Positions 39,653-51,500 of a stretch of 64,000 nt of DNA are shown in pieces. Both the position numbers and the translations under genes were made by a program. The notes beneath the pieces are model-generated. The model was not told the DNA's origin and ran no database searches. It was given only the letters and a program-made list of their open reading frames with translations. The stretch's first letter is position 1. Every line of letters begins with the position of its first letter. The stretch spans positions 5,580,001 through 5,644,000 of the forward strand of contig CM120645.1 of the NCBI GenBank assembly GCA_051362555.1. The letters run 5' to 3'. The stretch is from Lingula anatina (lineage: Eukaryota > Animalia > Brachiopoda).

Positions 39653-41325
39653 CTAGTAGTAGTAGTAGTAGCAGGGGCGGATTGAGACCGTCTTCTGGAA
39701 GACTTTTAAAGTTTACATTATCTGTTTTTTCTGTTGGAAGACCAACAAAAATGGAGGATGGATCAACAAAGATAATTTGGAATACTGTCAGAAAATATCT
39801 CTGGATCCGCTCCTGAGTAGTATTTTCATTGTAAGTATAAAATCTGAAGACTAGAACGTCATTTTTTCTCTCCATTTGTTTCAGGTGGTCTAGGTGCCGG
39901 TGCTGTTGCAGCCATAGTCATCGTATTACTGGTCATCCTAGCAGCAAGTGCTGTCGCTGCTGTGCTGGTACTCAGAAGAAGAAAAATAAAAAAGGAAAAC
40001 TCATCCCTAGATAAAGGGGACACCACAGGTATTTTACACAAACATTTTTAAATTTCCAACCAAAACCTCTCAGAATTAATCTATAAATTAACTTTTTATT
40101 TTTTTAATTTATTTTATTTTTAATGAGTTTTATGCTATAATTTTTTGCAAAAATGGCCATTTCATTTTTTTAAAATTATTGTTAGTATTTCGTCGACTGT
40201 TTGCATTTAAAAACAATGCTAAGGGTCGCCCACAATGTAATTTCGCTGCAATATGTAGGAATCTCGTTCTATCTTACTTTGCATCAACTACTATACACGT
40301 AGACTAGTTTGTCTACTTCATGGTTGCTACATGTGATTAAAGGGGGCGGAGGCTTTTTTATCAGTGTAAAGCGAGTGTAGTGATCGATAAGCATGGCTAT
40401 ACTATTGAAAACATTTGATGAAATTTATGAAATTAAATTCTTGTCTTACATTAGCGGGAGTGGAATGTAGATGATTCGCGAAATAATCAAAATTATGCTT
40501 CAAAATCTGTTTTGGTAGATTGTTTGAGTGTTTTGATAGAAAGGACATTGTTACACTTTAATAAGGACAAAGCACCAAATACTGCAATTAAAGTCCATTA
40601 TAAATCTAAAATTTTCGTCCACAATATCACCCTCCTCACCCCGAAACTTTTAGCCAACCTGTATTGATAATCAAGGGTTGCTCATTGACGAGTTGGTCAT
40701 GATTTGGTTACTGGGTTTCTATTTGCCTGTGCATCTCTCTCTCTTTCTTTCCTTCCATCTTGCAGCTACACAGGAGATCGGGGTAAACAATCCTGCTTTT
40801 CGGCTTTCGAACAGTTCTGAGGCCATAAACCACACCGACCCCCTTTCATCTTATCCTGAACCCCCAGAGAGCGAGGAAACGCGAGATTCCACGTGACATT
40901 AGTTGCTAGGCACGTTTACAACATCTAGTAGATGTGTGCTTTTCGAAAATGCGCTTGCAATACCTGCCTTTGTTTTGTTGTCTGCTTGCCATGTGTGGCT
41001 AGTTTCTGTAGGTGTGGTTTCTGTGATATGGATAATGAATTCTGTCATTTTTCACTGTGTATATCTATATCTTTTCAAAGCAATAATGTTATTTTTTATT
41101 TACCATATAATTGATTATAAATAATTAATACATGGAATGTGGTATTTAATCACTGTATTATGTTACTAGTTACATTAAATGTAACTAAATTGAGATATTC
41201 TTCATTTATTTTACGTTATTTTTTCCATTTCTAATCCAGGCCAGGGACTCCTAGAGATGGACGTTCCCACTGGAGAAAATGGCACTTCCGACGATGTACC
41301 AATGAAGGATATGACCAGAATATGA
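35373..41325 (+). CDS. Type I membrane protein with signal peptide, three CUB-like domains, TM and short cytoplasmic tail (~515-530 aa)
   Basis: Exons 35373-35460 (signal peptide), 35813-36075, 36536-36701, 36985-37087, 37599-37743, 38183-38357, 38590-38831, 39187-39322, 39885-40028 (TM GLGAGAVAAIVIVLLVILAASAVAAVLVLRRRK), then 40766-40896 or 41240-41325. All junctions are GT-AG and in phase. Each domain shows a C.(L/M).F....l.V.F......C.....L.FYD......C.........T...L.V.L pattern. There is a probable non-coding exon ending at the 34108 donor (CAG|GTAAGT). Confidence 0.85.
37073..37400 (+). repeat. Compound minisatellite: GGAGAGGACTAGAC(C/T)GTAAGTA + (AAAT)n, 5 units, built from the exon/intron junction
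   Basis: Units have GTAAGT starting at 37088 (native donor), 37157, 37214, 37283 and 37351, separated by (AAAT)n of variable length. Confidence 0.9.
39620..39671. repeat. (AGT)n microsatellite
   Basis: Visible directly; intronic. Confidence 0.9.
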
Positions 41326-43836
41326 CGTAGTAAGACATGATGTCTAATAAATAACTAATATACCAGATTACAGGAGTAGGTCAGCCTGTTAAAAACTGAT
41401 ACCACAAGCGATTGGCATTATCAGAGTATGAGACAATAGCACTATGAAGTGAAAACAAAATGAATTACAAACTATATTGAATATTCTGTGATATATCTTT
41501 GTCTGGAGAGAATGGTCTCTAAGGACAACCCGCTGTCCACTGTACAAGATGTTTAAATAGACACCAAAACGATTTGTCGCTATGTGAGGAAACCATTGTG
41601 TTAGCGCAGCCAATCTGATCACGTCAAAGATCGGACTGAAATCCATAAGTGCTACACGGAAACGCCACAGACGGCAAAACTAACCAATTTGCAAGTGCCC
41701 TAAGAATTTGTCAGCCCTGACATGGATAGCTGCACTGTGCGCTTCGTTATCATATCATATACTGGTGTGTTGCGATGTGTAGAATAGGTATACTTGTTTC
41801 AGGAGACAATTTTTGAACGTAGAAACCAGCATATGTATGCTTGTGTTGCAGCCATAATGAATCTGCTTGCTTTTAACGGTAAATCTCCCTGTATGTTATT
41901 TAAACCCTAACGTACTCGTTAACGTGACAAAACTCACATTAGTCGCACAATTTTTGTAAATCGAGTATTTAAGACTTTATCACTATGCTTGGCTGAAGAT
42001 ACTGTCACAATATATAACTGAACTGGTGAATTTCGATCTCACTTTGCTCAATGTGTAATTTGAAAAATTCAAATAAAAATTTATTTTACAATTGACGTTT
42101 TCATTTCATGATTACAAGAAATCGACTTCACAACTGATATTCCTTGACGTGGTGCAGACGCATCACATACAGCCTGGTTAAAACATTTCTCGTCAATCAT
42201 GGGGCTGTTAATGCCCACCTCCTATTGATTTGGACAATATGCTTTTTCAGGTTTTTAGTTGTATTTCAGTACTCTAAAAACTAAGTTATTTCGATGCTTG
42301 ATGTCCGTATACCCGAAAGTCCTCGTTTAGAGGTTAACATACCCATGCTCCGTTAACACTAATTTTATGCAAATAAAAAGTAAAGTAATTTTTCCATTAA
42401 TTTTCATTATTCAACTAAAACAAAGTCTCTTTGAAATGAATACATCACAAATAATAATTTGATAGGCAAATGGGGCGAAGTTCTTAACAATAATACATCA
42501 AAAAACAGCTTTTTATCACGTTTTCTGTACTTTTCTGTTGAAATAAACTTCCCCGACTTCATTCAACTTAATGTATTAAAACACATTTTGGGGGACTTAA
42601 TGTGTTTTGTTTGGTTCGAAAAAATAAAATCATTTCTTGCAATTAGGTGCTATTCAATAATAGAAAACGTATTTATGTAGTCAAATGTTTTGCTCAAAAG
42701 TAGATAAGACAAAGGTCCATATGGCTGAAAATTGTCATTTATTAATAAAGAATAGTAGCTTGATACAAAGTCGTAAAGGATAATCATAAAATCCCCCTAC
42801 AATTTAAATACCATAATATATAATCAATAAAAAGGATGATGAATGAATAAACATTAATAAGATAAAACATGTAAACCAAAACCTACTGGAGCAAAAAAAG
42901 TTGGCACAAATGAAAGATTGTCCCAAATATGTTGACATAAGTAGCATATGGCAAAACAGGCATCGCTGAGGCATGGTGTAAATCATCCAAAAGAAACAAA
43001 AATATTTGAGAAATATCCATATGAACGTGCAGCCACCAGGTAAAGAGATGAATCGTCAATTCCACGTAAAATTTCAATAGTAAGTAAGCGATAAAGTGTA
43101 GCTGATAAAACTGTCTACGTAGACCACTAGGGGACTATGTGAGAGAACTTCACCGCAGCTGACTGCCCAGTTATAACAATGACCTTAACAATTAACCCAA
43201 ATGTGTGAGCTCAATGCCCTTGTTGCCTGTTAATACAGTGCCCCGGTCAACTATTAAATAAGTCAAAATGTGCAGACACACCCCTTAAAATAATGCTATC
43301 CCTTATATACATAACGTTTTAAACAAAACTTTCTTACATAAACGCAATTATTCACCATAATTCACCATAACTTTTTCTGTGATAAAAAATCGCCTAATTG
43401 CCTTCAGATAGGGACCTATTTACAGCTCAAAATTTCCCAAGCGTACAACGTAGTGATGAGCAATGTTGAAAATACCATAAAACACGGGTTAGACTTTGAT
43501 ATAGCTAAAAATTAAATTCCTTCAAATCATATCTTTTTTTCTTAATTGCTAAGATATACCTTCTCCAAGTCGTTGAGAAAATTACGATCTTTAAGCCCCT
43601 TTAAAGTAACCGAATAAATATTTTCAACTACGGGTGAAATTCACCAATCTCCACATTTTATTGTGAGAGGTAACCCAAATGTTTAAAAATCAGAACTCAA
43701 AGGGTTATACTTGTAATTTTGTCAACGGTTGTTGGTTTAATATATTCTGGTTATTTAGAGAAATCAATTAAAAGTTGCAGATATATATTCCTCCCGATAA
43801 ATTTCCAAATAAATTGTTGCTTTATGCAAAGTCTAA

Positions 43837-44061
43837 GGGTGTTTTCCAGAGATTTAGATCGATCTAAAGATTAAGATTTAGATCGCCCTATCTCCCTGGG
43901 GGTTCACGCTAAATTGCAGTCAGCCGAGCGGGCACCATAGTTAATTACCCCCTTACAGCTTTTAGTAGGCGGGACAGACGCTTAAGCCGGCCAAGCTGAC
44001 AGTAATCTAGTGAGACTCCCCACAGGGATAGATCGATCTAAAAATCTATGGAAATGGGGTG
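43837..44061. mobile_element. MITE family A copy 3
   Basis: GGGTGTTTTCCAGAGATTTAGATCGATCTA...GATAGATCGATCTAAAAATCTATGGAAATGGGGTG, flanked by TAA/TAT. Colinear with 22221-22433. Confidence 0.8.
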
Positions 44062-44986
44062 TATCGTCCACTGTTTGGGAAATGCTAATTGAATAACTTC
44101 ACTCCAACCTATACAGTCAATGCAAACATCAATAGAAATTACGACACAGACATTTGAAATAAATCCCAAATAAATACATAAATAAGCCAGAGAACATTTT
44201 TCAAATTCCCCAGCGACTTTTCTGAAGATATGACATCTATAGGTTTGCCCGGTACAACAACATTATGTACATTCATTGGATTCATCAAAATAACTTCAAA
44301 CTGCTTTATCAAAAACACACTTTCACATGAAACACTTACTAGTATACCATAGGTTGCATAGAAACCAGGTTCTGTTTCAGGTTTGATTGATGAATTGACT
44401 TAGTACTTATTATATAATGGGGTTTGACGCAGTTGTTAAAAAGTAGAAAACATTTACCAAACCACGACGGTCCACGAGGTAGGTGTCAATGTTAACTGCC
44501 CTGATTGAAATCGCAAAAAAGAAACATGAACTGTAAGAGAGACAAAACTGTGAAACAATAAACAGTTAAATACATCAATGCACACGTAAACGGCAAAATT
44601 AATTCTAAAACACTGCAAAACATTAACTCATGTAAAATACGATACAAACATACAAACTTACAAGAATTATCGGTATATTAAAAGGCAATTTCTGTCGTCT
44701 AGACGAACGAAATAGATTGATATTTGGCTAAAAGAAACTGAAAAAAAATTGATGAATTGACATTCGGTCATAAAGGACCCTGCTCTAAAGGAATGTGTTG
44801 CAAAATAGGAATGTACGATGAAGTTTTAACTAATCAATTTTTGAAAAAAAAAAAAAAAAAAAAAAAGGTCAGGGGGAAAAGGAGAGGCATATCCCTTTAC
44901 CTTCCCACTAACCAAAAACAAGATGTTGGATTCAGCCCCGACGCCTTCTTAAAAGAAGAGAAATGGACATATAAGGAACAAAGAAA

Positions 44987-45219
44987 CAGTGGCGGATTTA
45001 AGGGGGGTCGGGGGTCCTGCCTACCCACCACCCTTCGATTTCCGAAAAAAATCACACCAATGGTCCCCTCTTGGAATTTTGACTAGCTGAATTATAGTTC
45101 TAAACCGTACCAGATGGTACCGTTCGCCCTCTAAAATACCTAAAAGTTTCGGAGCCCTTCAGCGGGCCCTGAAATCCACGCCAACGGACCCCCTTCAACT
45201 AATTCTGGATCCGCCCTTG
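44987..45219. mobile_element. Non-autonomous hAT-like element (CAGTGGCGGAT...ATCCGCCCTTG)
   Basis: Imperfect TIRs CAGTGGCGGATTTAAGGGGGG and GGATCCGCCCTTG with G/C-run subterminal motifs. No clean TSD. Confidence 0.55.
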
Positions 45220-45585
45220 AAAGACACATGATTTCTGTATTCATATATGCACAAAAATTAAAATGTACCAAATCTTATTAGGAGCAGAAGGAGAGGGTGG
45301 AGTCGTTTTTCCAACTACCTTGGGGCACGTTTAAAAATAGTCTGGTTTACTCCAATGGAGAAGAAAGAGGTTGTAATTAAACGTAGGGGTTGTCCATCTA
45401 AAACAACCTATATAACTTCATGTGAAATTGGTCCTAAATTTTGGTTTACAATGACTACTACGTATTTATCCCGCACAAAAGAACACTTAAAATGTCCTTA
45501 TGATAGTATAGACCAACGTATGTTTTATTTCGAAACCCGTATAAGAGCCACCGGCGGGAGTGAGTATGGGAAAATGATTTTTTTT

Positions 45586-48500
45586 TTACTGAAAATACAT
45601 TTGATGCCACAAATTTGCAAGTCTTTGCTGATCCTGATCTGGTGGCAAATATATACCACTGCAAAAGGCCATCAGGGCTTTTTCCAACTCCTTGTTCTTC
45701 TTTGTCGTCAGATCCCTTTCTTCTTCTGCTACTTTTCTTTTATTTGCTTCCTCATCACATTTCTTTCTCCAGGCTTCAACTGCTTTGATCTTGTTTTCAT
45801 CATCAATCTCCAACTTATGGATCCCATTACGGCACTGCTTCATGGACCCGTCATCTTTTTCCTCTGTCTGTATTCCACCATGGCACTGCTTTATACACCT
45901 GTCATCTGGTTTTTCTGTCTGTGTTCCAATCTGGTACTTCTTCATGGACCCGTCATCTGTTTCTTCTGTCTCTGTTCCACCATGGCACTTCTTCATGCAC
46001 CCGTTATCTGGTTCTTCTGTTTGTGTTCTGCCATGGCACTTCTTCATGCACTCGTCATCTGTTTCCTTTGTCTGTGTTCCAATCTGGTACTGCTTCATGC
46101 ACCCGTCATCTGTTTCTTCTGTTTGTGTTCCAATGTGATACTTCTTCATGCACCTGCCATCTGTTTCCTCTGTCTGTGTTCCAATATGGTGCTGCTTCAT
46201 GCACCCGTCATCTGTTTCTTCTGTTTGTGTTCCAATCTGGCACTGCTTCATGCACCCGTCATCTGGTTCTTCTGTTTGTATTCCACCATGGCACTTCTTC
46301 ATGCACCCGTCAACTGCCTCTCCTGCCTGTTTTCCAATTTGGCACTGTTTCACCACATTTGTTTTTTCTGTCTGTGTGGACTCGCTTGAGGTTTCAGAGC
46401 CGACCTGGATGCCGCTTTCTTTGGATGCGACTTCCACCTGCACTTCTTCATCAACGTGCACGGGTCTGTTGCCAATGATGGGGTCTTCTGGAGAGATGTG
46501 GGTAGAGATATCGTGAGCGTCAGGGGTCGCTTGAATCTCAGAATCGGTTTGCTGCAACTTTGTCTGAACTATTTGATTGATGTACATTCTTGATTCTGTC
46601 TGCACCACGTTCTCTACAGTTTTCGGCTTTCTGTCTGTCTGAAGGGAAAACATCTGTTTGAGGTCGTCTTTTGTTGCTGCCTGTTCCTGGTTTTGCTTCA
46701 AGGTAGCGATTACTGCGTGCATCTTCTTAAATTTTTTCGCTGTCCCAGAGTTCATAATTTTCATGTCACGGCGAACACAGCCATAATAAAGGTCCTGTAA
46801 ATATCAGAGCACACGTCAATTATGGCCAGAACACGTTTGTTTATTTTTGCATGCACAATGTATACTATTATTTCTCTAAAAATGATAACATATTTAAAAA
46901 CTTTTCACAAAAATTTGATTTGTTACTGCGTGAGCAGTTGAAACATACTTGAGAAAACACGTTTGGGAATTTGAGTTAATAAAGAGATTTTAAAATGTTG
47001 GTTATCATCGCCTTTTACACTCAATAGTTAGAGACGCCATGTGGATTTTTTTAACAATGCAAAAGAAGGCTTTAAATCACAGTCAAACATACCATTTTGG
47101 CCTCTATCCCCCCTACTCGAGCTGAAATTAAAAAGAAAAAAAGCAGGGAGGTTCAGTTGGCCATTTGAATGCAAATTCCAAATACAAAGTTTACATCGCC
47201 TCGTGTTGAATATGCACTCATACAGAGATGCGAATTCTCTACGCGAAGAGATGTGAATAATTTAAAGAATGAACGTCACTTTTTCAATCGTTAACCTCAT
47301 CAATTTTGAGACACAGGGATTTCTGAAACAGAGTCTCATAAGGTGGACCTCAGGCGTACTACTCTATGTAATTACACACCAGTGTATAAAAATCTTCAAA
47401 AGTTTACACAAGACTTACATGTACATTCATGACCTGACTTGGACCTTTCCTTTCTATTCGATTTTTTTGGTTGCTTTATCTTTGCTGAATGGACAGTCCT
47501 CTTTGAATATCTTGCCCCGACATTCCGACTGTCCAAACCCACTTCTTCACTAGTACATTTCCTCAAAGAATAATCGGACTCGTACGCTGTTGATTCATCA
47601 CCATCGTAATCTGCAGCTGGTTGGTAAACATTTTATGGATCAAAATACCATATACAACAACCAAAACAAAAAACCAAAGATCAAGCGTGATTTTATTATT
47701 AGCGTTAAAAAGTTCATATTTTGTTTTTTAAAATACCAATTTTCCTCAAAATGCCAACTTAATGTGACAACAACGTCTACCTGTCACAAATCCCTTAATG
47801 GAATATTTATATACCATCGGTGAAAAAGGTTGCCTCACATCCGACTCCATGTTTTTTAGTCGAACTTGAGACTTCCAGAGTTCACCCCACTAGCACCAAA
47901 TCTGGCTTTCGTAATACGTCACAAACCAACAGTAAAACAATCTATATCAATGAACGAGAAAAAAACTCACCACAATCAAAACAGTCTTTTCCTTTGTTTT
48001 CGATTCCTGTAGCAGTTGTTTGCTCGTTCGGTGGATGGATTGCATGATATGAAGCTCCTGAACGAGAGAGTGTATCCATGAACAAATGTATATAAAATGG
48101 CGTATAGAAATCGTTATCTCATTTATACCAAAAAAATGACTAAACATGCATGGCTTCTTGTCTACGTCTAATGTGGAAGACATGGTGACGTAAATCTTTC
48201 TTTTATATGAATATTTCACGATCAGAGTTGTAAATGTGAAAATGAGAGCAAGAGTGTTCCACCTTCCGTACTGCATGTATAATATATCTGGTATGAACGC
48301 TTATGTATACAGTATAAATATATAACGACACACTATGCAAACGAAATCAGTTGTTGTGTAAGCCCAGGCCGTATAGATCTTCATTTTGCAATTATGCGGC
48401 TCTGCCAAATAATCGCATTATAATGCTCTTATGAACTCAATTATAACAAGAATAAAAAGTTTTACCACTTTCTAGAGGTTCCTTTCCTCCCGTGCCTTCT

Positions 48501-51500
48501 ATTTTATCTTCGGAAACATCTGAATAATAAGATGATATTCATTCCATTACTATTTTGCTGTGACTACAAACAGTTAATTCTCAAAAAGAGGGTTGCAATA
48601 TGCCAATCTTCAAATTAATATCTTTAATCAATTTTAGACAATTTTAATCTTTTAATGCTGCGCATAACTGACCAAGATATACAAACATATTGTATATCAA
48701 TAAAAAGCTTATTTCAACAGCTATTCATTCCATATCATTTTATATTATTATGTGATCGTTACATAAGGAGATATAACGCTTAAAAGGTTGTCTTAGTCAG
48801 TTTTTCATACCCTAAAAAATTAAAAGCCCACTACATATGTACAATTCTATTTCAAAGATACCCCCGATCATCACTTTAACACTGGTAGTTTGAAAACAGA
48901 GCGGATATAATGAAATCCCAGGAGCATTCTGTAAAACAAAGCTTATATTTAACGAATAAATTTTGGGTTGAAGGTTCTCATAAGTTTTGACGTTGGTTTA
49001 AATCTTTCTTTTAGAAAACCTATATAGCGTTATATCTCTATACGTAAGCATACGTAATAAAATAAATAAAATAAATAAATAAAATAAAATAAATAGTTGT
49101 TGAAATAATGTTTTTATTGATATGCCACGTGTGTATCTTGGTCGGTTAAGGAGATAGCCATATTCTTGCCCCCCCCCCCCCCCCCCCCCCTGTACGCAAA
49201 CTTAAAATGACACATAATGGAAATTCTGTTGCAAACTTGCTAGGCAATGACGCTTCTTGAACAAAGTCAAACTATTCTGTCGACCTACTCTTGTTTTAAA
49301 CTTGACACACATAGATACTATAGTATAGTCATCTGAAAAAAATAACCTTGGTAAATTATAACATTGGTCAAATATTTACCATCATTTACAGGTTCTGTTC
49401 TTTCTGTGCCTTCTTTTGCAGATTCAGGTGCAACTAGATAAAGAGATGATATTCATTTAAGAAAGAAGACTTTTGTCTTCATTTTACCGTCAATAATTGC
49501 ATGATCTCGTGGATCATGTACTTTTAAAAACCAGTGATGGAAAGATCATCAGTACTAGCAATCGCGTTTTATGTATCTACCAAGCATGCTAGATTCAGAG
49601 GAGAAATCTGCAAGCTAAAAACTGTCGATGCCAAGATTGATGGAGACAGGGGCTGGGTCAGTTGAATTCGCCAGGCGAAACTGACTGGTGAATACAGGCT
49701 ATCTCTCAGAATTTGTTACGATCACTAACAATTTTGTTTGTTTGTTGTTTTTTAAATCATTGGCGACTCATCACAGTTTATGCGCTACATGTGTCCATGT
49801 GTCACCAAATTAATTAAACAATGGAAATCATTTCAAATTAAGGCTACCTAACAGTGAAAAACGAATAAAGAGAAATATAAAAAAGAAACGTTCAAGGCTG
49901 ATAATTCATATTATGTCTACTTAGCATGTCGGAATTTTGGTTTAAAATATTTTCCTTAAAAGGACTGCAACCATCCCAATTATATGCCACAACGAAAAAA
50001 GAATCAAATTAAACAAAGTGGACTGTATATAAGTCAGATTTTACCGTCATTCACAGGTTCCTTTCTTTCTATATCTTCTCTTCTTGGTTCAGATGCAGCT
50101 GAATATAAAGACACATTTGAAAAAATTATTTTTTTTTAATCAATACGACCTTAAAATGTTTTTTAAAATCTGCCCTTAAAATAGTTATCATAGAAACTCT
50201 GTTCTTACCGCCTGGGTTATTAGCACTGCCACCGTCTTCTTCATTCAAAGTAAGTGGTCGTGGGGGTGACATTATTTGTTGATCACCTGGAAAGGAAAAG
50301 ACAAATTATAATTATTTATTTATTTATCTATTTATTTATTTATTTATTTACTTGGAAACCACTCGCACTAGTATTAGAGTTAATCCGTCTGTTGTCGAAC
50401 TAATGTCACCCTTGGACATAATAATGTCCACGTGTCACCAAATTAATTCAAACTGCCAGCTGTGAGACGTAAGACGTTTTTCACCATAACAATGGTACCC
50501 TTCTACATCTCAGACGTGGAATTCACAGGTGAATAATTCGACATACGTAGAGTCACATTTCAGACCAGGAACCGCATGTAACAGATCAATACTAGTTTGG
50601 CAAATACGAAAGTTCTTTTATAAAATTTATTTTTGTTTTTACATATTCTGTATTTGCACGTTAACAGGTTTAACGTTCACTCGCCCTGACTACATGTATA
50701 AAGCAGAATGACCGAAAAGAAATGTTTTGCAAATTGGATTTCAACGTTAACGCAAGGCAAAGATTTACCTTCATTCACAGGTTCCTTCCTTTCTGTTTCC
50801 TCTGTTCTTGATTCAGATACAACTGGATATTTAAATAACGATGCTGTTAAATAATTGATTCAGCTCAACGAAAGACAGATACTGTAATTTGATTTCCCTA
50901 TTGCAATGTTTTCAACTATTGTAATATCTTTTTAAAATGGAAGAATCCATAAATTTAATGGTTCACAACTACTAACTTTCATCGGAATATGTTAATCTTA
51001 AAATAATGCTGAATTCTGAGGCAAATTGGCATACAATGAACAAATTCATAGCTGCCGTTTCGCATTCGTCTAATTCTGGCTAACAGACTGGAGTCAATCT
51101 AAGTACATTTATTAGATATCTGTTGTTTATCACAAAGATATAATAGTTTCATATAATAACTTTTGATTTTTTTTTTTTTTTTAGAATATACGTGCAATCT
51201 TTCAAGCTTCGTCAAAGTTCAGTGTGTGTAGGAATCAAGAGAGAAAGAAAGGTATAGTGTTCCCATGTTTTGCTACTTACGATCTGTCAACATTGTACTG
51301 CTCCTAGTCTCATCGGCTGGGATTCTCGACTCAGGCAGTGGGACTGGAGACGCAGCGTTTTCAGCACCTAAGGTTGTAAAAGAATTTCATGATTAGAACA
51401 TTCTAATTCACTTTAACGCAAGTCAATTTTATAGATTTTACTTCAGAAGGAGAAAAAATTTAACTAACCAAGCTCAAGGTATAAAAAGAGCCAAACAATT

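Noticed and set aside
45355-46516. Plus-strand ORFs of 344, 148, 185 and 122 aa with hydrophobic Cys/Phe/Leu repeats
   Set aside because: These are antisense shadows of the 51-bp coding repeat. The minus-strand frame has the splice acceptor, linked upstream exons and a plausible protein.
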